Part shown: in pieces, positions 43,601 through 55,600 of the stretch
Position numbering within the stretch: the first letter of the stretch is position 1
Layout of the letters: each line of letters begins with the position of its first letter
Program-made: the position numbers and the translations under genes
Source: Lama guanicoe
Lineage: Eukaryota
Assembly (NCBI GenBank): GCA_013239625.1
Contig: MU054338.1
Location: forward strand, 4,427,371-4,491,370
Direction of reading: 5' to 3'
Length of the DNA stretch: 64,000 nucleotides
The notes under the pieces: generated by a model
Told to the model about the DNA's origin: nothing
Database searches by the model: none
What the model saw: the letters and a program-made list of their open reading frames with translations, nothing else

Positions 43601-46600
43601 TTAAGCATCTGCCAAACCGTTTTCTCAAAGTGGTTGTGCCATTTGACAGCCCCACTGGCTGCGTGTGAGGATTTCCTGGAATCCCTCTCTTTGTTCCTCT
43701 TTGTCTCTTAGTCTTGGCTTTACCAGACACGTCACCTCCTTAACCAGATCCCACAGGGATCTGGTTTTTCACGTACTCAGTCACCACAGTTATAATCAAT
43801 TAGTTATTCATGTGACTCTCTGCTTAGTGTCTGCCTCCTCCCTAGACTGTAAGCTCTGTGGGGACAGGGATCTGTCTGTCTTGGTCACTGTCAGGTCCCA
43901 GGACGTGGCACACAGTAGGCACTCAATACATGCTTGCTGATGAATGTACAATCCTGCCTGGTGGGCCAGGGGCTAGAGTGATTAGGTTGGTATGTTTTAT
44001 TCCCACTGTGATGATGAGTAAATAGAGATACCAGGAGGTACAATGACCCATCCAAGATCCCTCAGCTTGCAGTGGCTGGGCTGGAAGTCAGACCCTGTCT
44101 GATCCCCTCGACTGACAGTGAGCCTGGCAGTGAGATGCTGAGTGCATGCTGGGGTGGGAGGGGAGGGGAGAGGGTAGAGATGGGTTGGCCCACGGAGGGC
44201 TTTGAAGTCCAGGAAGAGGAGTTTATACTCTGCACCTCTGCTTGCGAGCTTCAAAAAGGGTGCACAGCATGCACACCCTCTCTGGTCTACAAGATGAAGT
44301 CTTGCAACACCAAGATTAAGGGGCTGCAAGGGCTGAATGCAGAGGGCCCCTCTTTCTGTGTCTCCCCAGCAGGCACTGGTAACAGGTATTTCCTGTTTCC
44401 GGCCAGCTCCTTGGGGCTGAGGTGGGGGTGGGGGAGCTGACTGATGAAGCTCAGTTCTGGGTTCCTCCTCCTGCTCCCACCCCCCCACACCATCCCCCTC
44501 TTTCCGCCACCAAAGAGAGCTTCTGTCCCTGCACGCTGGTTCCCTGAAAGAGGGTGGCAAACTAACCAACCTTTCCAGCTCTTTCTTTGTCTTAGCCAGG
44601 GGCTGTGATGATGGGGGACCTGCAGGCAAAGGGGAAGTGTCTGGGTGCTGATTTGCATATGGGCAAGGTGCCAGCCCAACTCTGGTGAAAGGAGGAGGGG
44701 AGCTGAAGGGTTGCCTCCCTCCCCCAATAGGGAGGAAATATTCTCACATACCCCTCCGATATTGTTCAAAAGGCCTCTAGTCCTTTACCTTCGCCCACAC
44801 TTCAGGCTGCCAGGAAGTCCTTCTAGTGGTCTAACCCCAGTCACTACTGCTGTTGGAGGGAGCCCCTTTCTTTAGCTGGCCCTGCTCCAGCCCGGAGGGC
44901 TGATGAGTCATACCTCCTGTCCCCCTTTGAGGTGTCACATGACTAGGGGGAAGCAGTCTTAAGGCTCAGCTGATCTCCCTGAGGTCAGCAGGGAACTTCC
45001 TCCCTCAGGCCAGATGGGGCCATCTGTTCTGTTGCCCCTGGTGACCTACAAGCCCTGTCTGGAGTCAGCCTACGATCCCGCAAAGGCTGCTGGGTTGGAG
45101 AGTGGTACATGCCGTTCCTGTCATGTGCTCAGTTCCCCATTATGCCTCCCGCAATGTGGCACCATGAGGCAGCCTGGCATGGTTTGAAGAGGTAGTGGGG
45201 TGCAAAGGTTTGGAGCACGGCCTCTGGGTCCAGAGAGCTGGTGTCTGGCTCCCCATTCCTACCTGGGTTGCCTCAGAAGGGGCTGGCTCCTTTCTGAACT
45301 TCAGTTGCCCCATCTGTCTAATGGGGAGTCATTCATAAGCTCAAAACTTATACAGTGCTACTTCCGCTGCATTCTCTTGGCCAAAGCAAGTCACAAGCCC
45401 AGCCCAGACACAGAAGATGGGGAAACTGACTGCAATTCTAGCTGGTAGGAGTTGAAAAATATTTGTAATCACTACAAGGGGCATTCAGGCAGAGGGGATA
45501 ACATGGACTCGGCGTAGAGGCAAGAAAATGTAAAATATGTTGCATTTAGGGTGTGGCAACCATTTTTACCTGATTGGGGCTCAGGGAGGGGAGGTAGAGT
45601 GAGACAGTTCTTGCAGAATTATCTCGCAGGCCGTGGTGAGGCTGGACTTCATTCTGAGGTTGTTGGGGAACCACGGCAAGGTTTCAGAGGGAGGGTGACA
45701 TGGTCATATCTACTGTGTGGCGGTGGGCTGGGAGGGGTGAAACATGAGCCAGGGAGACCACCGAGGGGGCTGTTACAGTCACAAAGGTGACAGATGGTGG
45801 CGGCTGCTCTAGGATTTGAGTGGGAATGGTGAGAAGGGCTGGGAGTTGAGACATAGTTTGGATGGTGCATCCAAAGGACCCCTTGATTACTGGAAGTGAA
45901 GGATTAACTGAACGCAAAACACTTAGATGCATTGCTGGTTTGGGGAAAACAATCCGTAAACTTAATCTAACTTGATTATGAAGCCTGGAGAGTGTGAGAA
46001 TCATCCTGGCTTCCTAAGGAGAGTCACTGGATAGCGATGGAGGAGAGGCTGGTGCGGGAGTGAGTTCAAAGTGGCCATGACATCGGCCTTGAACCTGCCC
46101 AATTTGAAGTGCCCACTGGTGAATGAAGGAATCTGTTTCCCTGGTTGTAAATGAAGAAGTTGATGGTACTGAAAATGCAGTGTTTCCAGCTGTTGTTCTG
46201 AAAACCTGACCCTGGAGCGGGGAAGGGGTCCAGACTCTCCTCCAGTTACCCCCATGTTGTTTATTTATTCAGTAAACACTTATTAGGCACTACTGCATGT
46301 CACCACATGTCTAGGCTCCAGAGGTGACCCAGACCTGGGCCCTGCTTTCTCCTGGTGGAGGGGACACAGCAGGTCACAGACCTTGCGGTCAGGCCTGGGG
46401 CTGCAGAGCGACATTATCCTGGGGTGGGAGAGTGAGACTGAGGACTCCGCTTGGGCAAAAAAAATTAAGGGAGGCTTCCTAGAGGTTTTGGGGATGGGAC
46501 TTGAAGAATGAGTAGGAGTTTACTGGACTGATGTAAGAGGAGCTTTTAGCCTGGATTCCAGCCCTTTGTGTATAATTTGTGTATAATTTATGGAACAATT

Positions 46601-49600
46601 GGCAAAGAGAGCTTGAGTAGGCAGTCATGGGGCCTCTGAGGATCAGACAGATGGCAGCTGGCTCTGGTCCTTAAGGCTATTGTATTAGGGTAACATTAGC
46701 TGCTGTAACAGATAAGACTTTTCAGTGACTTAACACAACAGAAATTTATTTCTTGTTCACATAAGAGTCCGATGTTCCTCCTGGTACCAGGTGGGAGTTT
46801 ATTCTTCATGGGATGATTCAGGGACTAATTCCATTTGTGGCTTTGCCATCCCTTAGAGTCTCATCATCATTTCTGTTCAGCTTGCAGGTAACAGGGAGAA
46901 GGCATATCCACTTCTTAAGTACACTGCCCTCCAAATGACGCACAAAGCAAATACTCACATCTCACTGGCTAGTAGAACTAGTCATATGGCCACACCCACT
47001 TGCAAGGGGGGATGGAAAATACAATTCTTGGCTGGGCAGCCACATTTCCAGCACCAATCCCGTATTATGGAAGAGAAAGCATGCATTCTGCTGGATGGCC
47101 AGTGGCCTCTGTCACAGGTAGGCAGCAGGAACAGAACTAAAGCCTGGGAGGTGGTAAGAGATACCCAGTTTGCTTTGTGACTTTGAATAGGTCCTTCTTC
47201 TCCCTCTCTGGGTTTTTTTCCTCTCTCTGAGGGATGAACATTGGAGACTGGTTGACATCTGATGTCTTTTCCAGGTCTGAAAATTGATGGGTCAGTGAAT
47301 GCTCTAGGGCTTTCTGGCTGGAGCTAAGATAAAGATAGTGATGATGATGGCCGTGATGGTGATGGTGGTGGTGATGGTGATATTGGTGATGACAATGGTG
47401 GTGGTGATGGTGATAATGGTGATTATGATGGTAATAGGGCTGATAATGTTGATGGCGATGAAGCTGTTGATGGTGATGATGATGAAGACAGTGATGGTGG
47501 TGGTAAGGATGACTATGATGGTGTTACTGATGGTGATGACGATGAAGAAGAAGATGATGATGGTGGTGGTAATGGTGACTATGAAGGTGATATCGATGAT
47601 GGTGATGGTGGTGGTGATAATAATAATGATGTGCTAATCATGATGGCAATGATGGTGATAACCATGGGTATGATTATGGTGATAATGGTGATGTCAATGG
47701 TAGTGAGGATGACAGTGATCATTTCCAGATATTGAGGGCTCGCACCATGCCAAGCCCTTTCCATGCATTATTCTATTGACTTGCAACAACATGACACAGT
47801 AGACATTATGATGGTCCATTTTGTAGGTGAGGAAATACGTTCAGAGAGGAGAGGTGACTTGCCCAAAGACACACAGCAAGTAGGGAGGTCTTCCCATAAC
47901 CTTCTGGATTAGGAGCACTATGGGGTTTATTCTCCATCCTGTTCCCTACCTTACCAGCATCCCCCTCCTGGCTCCAGGGGTTGAAGATAGTAGGTTCGAG
48001 AGAAAGCTCTGGAGTTTAGTGATGTTCACTCCAAAGATGTTCAGTAAAAAACATTTTGGGATTTTAATTGAAATTACATTGAATCTATCACTCAATTTTG
48101 GAGGTGGCTGATATTTTAAATACACTGAGTCTCGATAATGAGCATATATTTCACTCTATTTATTTAGATCTTCTTTCATATCTTTCCATAAAATTTATAA
48201 TTTACTCCATGAAGGATTTGTACTTCTTTTGTTAGAAACATTAGATATTAATCAGCTTTTTTGTTTGTCTTACATTTTTTTTAAGCTACAGGAAATGCTA
48301 TCCTTTTAAAATCAAAGTCCAATTTACATACAGAGACATGCTCAGTTCTTCAATTTACCATTCAGTCAGTTCTAGCAAATATATACACTTGTGCTACACA
48401 CCACACCCTCACCAAGTCAGAATTTTCCATGACTTGTGGCCTTTCTGAGTCAATCTCCATCACCCTCCCCACCCCAGAAACAACCACTGATTTGATTTCT
48501 ATCACCATAGGTTAGTTTTGCTTATTCTAAAATCTCCCAAATTTAATCTTGAAAAAAAAAAACACACACACACACACATTTTTCTGATTGATTGTTGCTG
48601 ATCTACTGACACACAGTAAACTTTGTACATTGGTTTTGTTTTCAGTAACAGTACTATTCTATTACTTCCAGTTATCTATTTGTGTATTCTTTTGGGTTTT
48701 CTATGTCGACAATCATATCATCTGCAAAAGTGACCATGGTATTTCTTTCATTTCTTTCTTTCCTTTTATTTCTTGGTCTTGTCTTGCAATGCAGGCTAAG
48801 ATCTTCAGTACAGTATTAACAGGAAAGGACAGCAGGCACCCTTGTCTTTGTTCTGATTTCAAAGAAAATCTGCAACATTTCACTTTTAAGGATAATGTTT
48901 TGCTTTTTCCTTAAAACAAGGTTTAAGGTTTTTTGAAGATGCTCTTAGGTTACCGAAGTTCCTTTCCATTTCTGCTTTGTCAAGGATTCTTTTTTCTCCT
49001 CTCTTTCTCTTTTGATCACCAGTGGATATTGAATTGCTACTGTGTCTTTTATGCTTCTCTAACTGTTGCTAATCTCTTTTTGACAGAGAGAACAGGCCTT
49101 GGGCAGGCAACAGGATCTAGCTTAAATGCAACAGCACTGTTCACATCATATTTATTTTACATTGACTGCCATTTACTTAGCACTTGATCCTAGTTTCCTT
49201 TGATAGTAGGATGTCAAGTTCTCTTCTTAAATACTTAAATATTTATTTATGTTAGAGTTAACTGAAAGTCCCTGATCCACATAGACTGACTCAGGTAGGC
49301 TGTGGACGTGGCAATACTTGAGAAGAAGATACAGTCTGAAGATGGCAGTGAGATACACAGATCCAATGAACACTGGCTATAGAATTGATTCACAAATGTA
49401 GCTGCCTGAGTCTGCATTCCAGCTGTCTCTCCCTGCCTCGGTTTCCTTATCTGTAAAATGATGAGAATAGTAATAACCTTGCAAGATTTTTGTAGGAATT
49501 CCATATACATACATGGAGAGAGAGAGAGAAAGAAACTCATAGAAGTAGAGAGTAGAAAGATGGTCAGCAGAGGCTGGGAGTGGTGGTGGGAAGATGGGGA

Positions 49601-52600
49601 GATGTCAGTTACAGGGTACAGATTTGCAGCTATGTAAGATGAGTCAGTCTGGAGGTCTAGGATACAGGCATGACAGTTGTCCTTAGTAATACTGTACTGA
49701 ACACTAAAGATGCTGAGAGTAGATTTCATCACACACAGAAACGTGATGACTACGGGAAAGATTGATATGTTAATGAGCTCGACTGTAGTAATCCTTTCAC
49801 TATGAATAAGTATATCAAATCGGCATGTCGTAACCTTAAATATATATAATTTTTCTTTAAAAAATGTACATTAAAAACAGATATATTAAAAAATATATGT
49901 ATACAATAGCCAAGACATGGAAACAACCTAAATGTCCATTGACAGGTGACTGGATAAAGGAGGTGTTATACATATGTGAATATTAGCCATAAAAAGATTG
50001 AAATAATGCCATTTGCAGCAACATGGATGGACCTAGAGATTATCATATTAAGTGAAGTAAATTAGACAGAGAAAGACAAATATCATATGATATTACTTAT
50101 ATATGGAATCTTAAAAAATGATGCAAATCTTATTTATAAACCAAAAATAGACTCACAGACACACAAAACAAACTATGATTACCAAAGGGGTAAGGGCAGG
50201 GAGGGATAAATTAGGAGTCTGGGATTAACAGATACACACTACTGTATATAAAATAGATAAACAATGAGGTCCTATTGCATAGCACAGGGAACTACATTCA
50301 ATTTTTATTGTAATAATGCTGGCTTCCACTGCGTAAGAGGCAATTAAGTGAAGCTACAGCCAAGAAAGTCAGCTTTAGATTCACAACATCCTGGCTTTAA
50401 ATTTCAACTCCTCCATGGACTTACTCTTTTTTTTTTAAATTGAAATATAGTTGATTTACAATGTTGTGTTAGTTTCGGGTGTACAACAAAGTGATTCAGT
50501 TATACACACAAACACACACACACACATCTGTATGTTCTTTTTCAGGTTCTTTTCCATTATAGGTCATTACAAGATATTGACTATAGCTCCCTGTGCTCTA
50601 CAGTAGGTCCTTGTTGCTTGCCTATTGTATATACAATAGTTTGTTTCTGCTAATCCCAAACTCCTGATTTATCCCTCCTCCACCCTTTTCCCTCTGGTGG
50701 CCGTAAGTTTGTTTTCTATGCCGTGGATTTCACCCTTGCTGTTAATAATCTTGGGCAATGTTCCTTTCCCCTCTGAGCCTGCTTCTTCATAGGTAAAATG
50801 GACATTAAAAACTCACAGGGTTATCAAGAGAATGAAATAAGTCTGAGTGCCCAACCACGTGTAGGAGGCATCCCCTAAATGCAAATATTGCAATCTGTAG
50901 AGTCACAGAGTAGGCGTGAGCAATTACCTGGGCGTCACCTGGAGAGCTTGTTAAACATGCGGGTTTCCGGGCCCTCGCTGCCATCCATCCATTCAACACG
51001 TATCTATGGAGGCTGTATTCCAGATGCTGGGTATCCACTAAGAAGTGAAGCGATGGCCCTGCCCTCCTGAAACTGACATTCTAAGGGCTGGAGATGGACC
51101 ATAAAGAAAATAAGTGAAGTGCAGTTGGAGGGGATGGAAAATGCCAGAGGAGGAGGGTGGCGTTGAAAATAGGGTGGTCAGAGGAGGCCTCACAGAGAAG
51201 GTGACATTTGAGCAAAGACCTGAAGAAGGTGGCCAGGAGCCTTGTGCACGCTGGGGTGTGTGAGTTTGCCTGGGCGGCCCTGACAAAGCGCCGCACACCT
51301 GGGGGGCTTAAGCAACAGACATGTGTTCTCACGCAGGTGTGGAGGCTGGAAGTCTGAGTTGGAGGTGTCAGCAGGGGCTCTCTTCTGAGGCCTCTCTCCC
51401 TGGCTTGCAGATGGCCAGCTTCTCCCCATGTCCCCACGTGGTCTTCGCTCTGTGTGTGTCTGTGTCCTAATCTCTTCCTATACAGACACCAGTCAGACTG
51501 GATGAAAGCTCACCTATAGGGTCTCATTTCACCTTACTTACCTCTTTAAAGGCCCCATCTCCAAATACACTCATCTCCTGAGGTCCTGGGGTTTAGGATT
51601 TCAACAGATGTGTTTTGGGGGTGACACAATTCAGATCATAACACAGGAAAATGCATTCCAAGTGGAGGGAACAACATTGTTTGGCTACATCTCATTTTGT
51701 GTATCCAGTATCAGTTGATGCATATAGATGAATGCATAGAAGCAGAAATCAGACTAGTGGTTGCCAAGGAGAGGAGAGGGGGGTTTCCAAGTGACCACTT
51801 AATGGGTGCAGGGCTTCCTCTTGGATCTAGATGGGGTGATGGTGCAAAATATTGTGAATGTATTAAATGCTGCTGAAGGATATATTCTAAGATGATTAAT
51901 GTTTAAATTTTAAAACTGTGGAACTGTACATATTTATCATTATATATAAATAAAATAATATAAATATAAATTCCTATGAAAATATATGAATAATATATAA
52001 ATAAAATAGTATTTGTCATGTTAACTATTTTAAGTGTACCGTTCCAGTGGCGTTGAATACATTCACAGTGTTGTGTCACCATTACCACTATATCCAAAGC
52101 TTTTTCCTCATCTCCAACAGAAATTCTGTCCCCATTAAACACTAACTTCCTATTCCCTTCCCCCAGCCCCTGGTATTCACCATCCTACTTTCTGTCTCTA
52201 TGGATTTGCCTATTCTAGGGACCTCGTGTAAGTGGAATCACACAATATTCTTCCTTCTGTGTCTGGCTTATTTCACTCAGCATAATGTTTCCAAGGTTTA
52301 TCCATGTTGTGGCATAAATAAAAATTTCATTCCTTTTGAATGGCTGAGTCATATTCCATTATATGTATATACCACATTTTGTTATTGGTTAATGGTTAAT
52401 TTTATATCTTATACATTTTTCCTCATTAAAAAAAATTCTTGGGTAGATCTGGCTTCAGGTACAGCTTGATCTTTCTTGAGGAGGGTGCTGTGCCTTCTTT
52501 TTCCTCTTCTGTGCCAGTCCCCAAGTCAGACAGCCAAGGGTCAGCTTCTCCCCATCCCATTGTATTTCCTCCAACCTCATTTCTCTCTCCACAGTTCCTG

Positions 52601-55600
52601 TGCCTTAAGAATATCCGTACCTTCTTGTCTACTTGCTACGAGAAGTTTGGCCTCAAGCGAAGTGAGCTCTTTGAGGCCTTTGACCTCTTCGATGTGCAGG
52701 ATTTTGGGAAGGTGAGCTGAGACTGAGCTGCCTATGAGCTGAACACCTAGCGCCCAAAGATTGGATTTCAATTCATTTCCATGAATGGCTACACTGGGCA
52801 AGCCAAGGGCTGACAGGGAAGGACAGATGGGCCAGACCAAACAGGTGCAAAGAGCCTGGCTTAGGACACGTAGAACTGAGTTTGAGTTCCTGCTCCACCA
52901 CTTGCTGTGTGACCTCAGATATGTGGCTGTGCCTCTCTGAGCCCTAGGTCCCTTGTCTGTAACATGGAAATAAGATCATCCCATCCTCTCTGAGTGGTTA
53001 TGAGGATTAAATAGAACAAAGATATCAAGTGGTGGAAACAGTGATATGCTGACGTCGGGGATGGGAAGGTAGGAATATCCCAAATTAAGCCCCCAAAGGA
53101 CATGGGGTCTAACTTCAAGGTCAGGTGCTTGGAGGCTGTGTTCTGGAGTTGGGGTGGCAAGGAATTTGCTGAGCAGCCACCGCCTTGTCACAGGTCATCT
53201 ACACCCTGTCCGCTCTGTCCTGGACCCCAATTGCCCAGAACAAGGGGATCATGTGAGTAGCCATCTGAGCTGACAACTTCGGACCCATTCAGTCCCAATC
53301 CTCCTCCTTGAAGCCCCCTCCCGACCTGGCCCCCCAGGACCTCTGGCTCATACCGTCCTGACTCCCCCAGGCCCTTCCCCACTGAGGAGGAGAGTGTGGG
53401 TGATGAAGACATCTACAGTGGCCTGTCCGACCAGATCGAGTGAGTGTCTGGGATCACGACCTTGCCCTGGGGGCCTGGGGGGACACGACCCTGCCCCAGG
53501 GGATCTGAGGGGCCCCTGGTCTCGGGGTTCCCCTGGCCCTGCCTGACTCCGCGTCCCGCAGCGACACAGTGGAGGAGGATGAGGACCTGTACGACTGCGT
53601 GGAGAACGAGGAGGCCGAGGGCGACGAGATCTATGAGGACCTCATGCGCACGGAGCCGGTGCCCATGCAGGTGTGTGGGGGCGCAGGGCCGGGCCCGGGC
53701 AGGCGCAGGGGCGGGGCGCAGCCCGGGGCCCCCCAACACCGACTCCCCCTTCCCTCTCTCAGCCCAAGATGACGGAGTACGACAAGCGGTGCTGCTGTCT
53801 GCGGGAGATCCAGCAGACGGAGGAGAAGTACACGGACACGCTGGGCTCCATCCAGCAGGTGCGGCGCGCCCACCCGGCCGCTGCCAGGCGCATGCGCGGG
53901 AGCCGGGCGGGCGGGTGCGCGCCCGCGGGGAGGCGGCGGGTGTCCCAGACGAGCCTGGGGCTCTGGGCTGCTTTGCCCCTGGTTTCCTCTCTCTGTCTAT
54001 CTCCCTTTCTCTCTGCCTCCATCCTCGTTTCTGTCCTGTGCTGCATCCTCGTCTCTGTCCGTTTGCTCCATTACTGTCTCTGACTTTCCGGTTGCTCTTC
54101 CCTTTGGCCGCCTCCTTTCCGCCAGCGCTACTGAGACTGCGTCAGTGTACCGTGCAGGTGCCCCATTAACAGCCGCACTGTAGTGCTTTTTGAAAGATTC
54201 GCAAGCGGGTGCAACCATCACCACTGCTTAATTTTAGACCATCTTCATCATCCCCTCAAAGAAAGCCCGTATCCCTCAGACGTCACGTCAAAAGCCCCCG
54301 CGCTCCCCCAGCCCCTGGCAACCGCTGCTGTCCCTCTGTCTTTATGGGTTTGCTTATTCTGGACGTTTCACGTAAATGGACTCATACACGCTGTAGTCTC
54401 TTGTGTCTGGCTTCTCACGGAGCGTCACGTTTTCAAGGTTCATCCACGTTGTAGCGAGCTGTGCTTTGTTCCTTTTCATGGCCGGACCACATGTTGTTAT
54501 CCATTCACCCATTGATGGACATTTGGGTTGTTTCCAGTTTTTGGCTCTTATGAGTAATTCTGCTACGAACAGTCCTGCACAGGTTTCCATGTGGACTTTC
54601 TCCGCCTCTTTTCTTTCCTTTACTGTCCATCTTTGTTTCCTTGCCTCTGTCCTTCTCTTTCTGCACATCTCTCTTTCTCTCTCTCTGTTTCTGTTTGTCT
54701 CTTTCCATCTCTCTTCTCCTCCTTGTGTCTCTGGGACTGCACAGGAGGGAGAAGTCTCACCCTCCTTCATCCTTTCCTCTCCCCACCCCCTCCCACAGTA
54801 CTTTTTGAAGCCCTTGCAACGGTTCCTTAAACCTCAAGACATCGAGATCATCTTCATTAACATTGAGGTGAGCCGGCCCTTCCCCAGCACTCCTGGGCTT
54901 CTGTCCAGTGGAGATGGTCTGCCGCCTCACTTGTCCCTGGAGTGTAGGGGTTGGGAGATGAATGACACAGGGTGGGTGGATGCCCGGCACCCCAAGCACC
55001 AGGCTCTGGCCCCATCCCTCACCCCTCCCTCCAAGTAGGACCTGCTTCGTGTGCACACCCACTTCCTAAAGGAGATGAAGGAAGCCCTGGCCAGCCCCAG
55101 TGCACCCAACCTCTACCAGGTCTTCATCAAATACAAGGAGAGGTGAGACCCAGCTGGCCAGCCCAGACCTCCAGAGGTCATCCTGCCCTGCCCAGACTGG
55201 GCATTTGGGAGGCTTTGTCCTCAGAGACCACTGGACAGAGAGGACTTTCCCTTCTTTGCTCATAGGCAAGGGACTGCCCATCTCTGGTTAAATTCCCAGC
55301 TCTTTCTCGTGGGAGCTGTGTGGCATTGGGAAGTCACTCAACTTCTCTGTGCTTCTGTGTTGACATCTGTAAAATCAGTGTGATACAGGAACATACCTCC
55401 TAGGGTTGTGATGAGGATTGAATAAATTGAATGCCTTAGGTAGTTATTACAGGACCCGGTACACAGTTGGTGCTCAATAAGTGCTTATTAAATAAATGAA
55501 CATTGAGCAAAGACTATACACTGGGTGTTGTGCTGAGAGCTTTTTATGCATTATCTCATTTCATGCTACGATACCCCATGTGGGAGGTGTCCATTTTACA

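Noticed and set aside
47338..47637. Met/Val-rich 99-aa ORF
   Set aside because: It is a translation of the (GAT/GGT)n low-complexity tract, with no splice or homology support.
28871..52594. Possible hidden gene in the 23.7-kb VAV1 intron 1
   Set aside because: I found no chain of exons or recognisable protein homology; the content is mostly interspersed repeats. A non-coding transcript cannot be excluded from sequence alone.
54183..55038. 110-211 aa ORFs in VAV1 intron 6
   Set aside because: They run through antisense L1 3' UTR and CT-rich sequence; only 54799-54867 is exonic.
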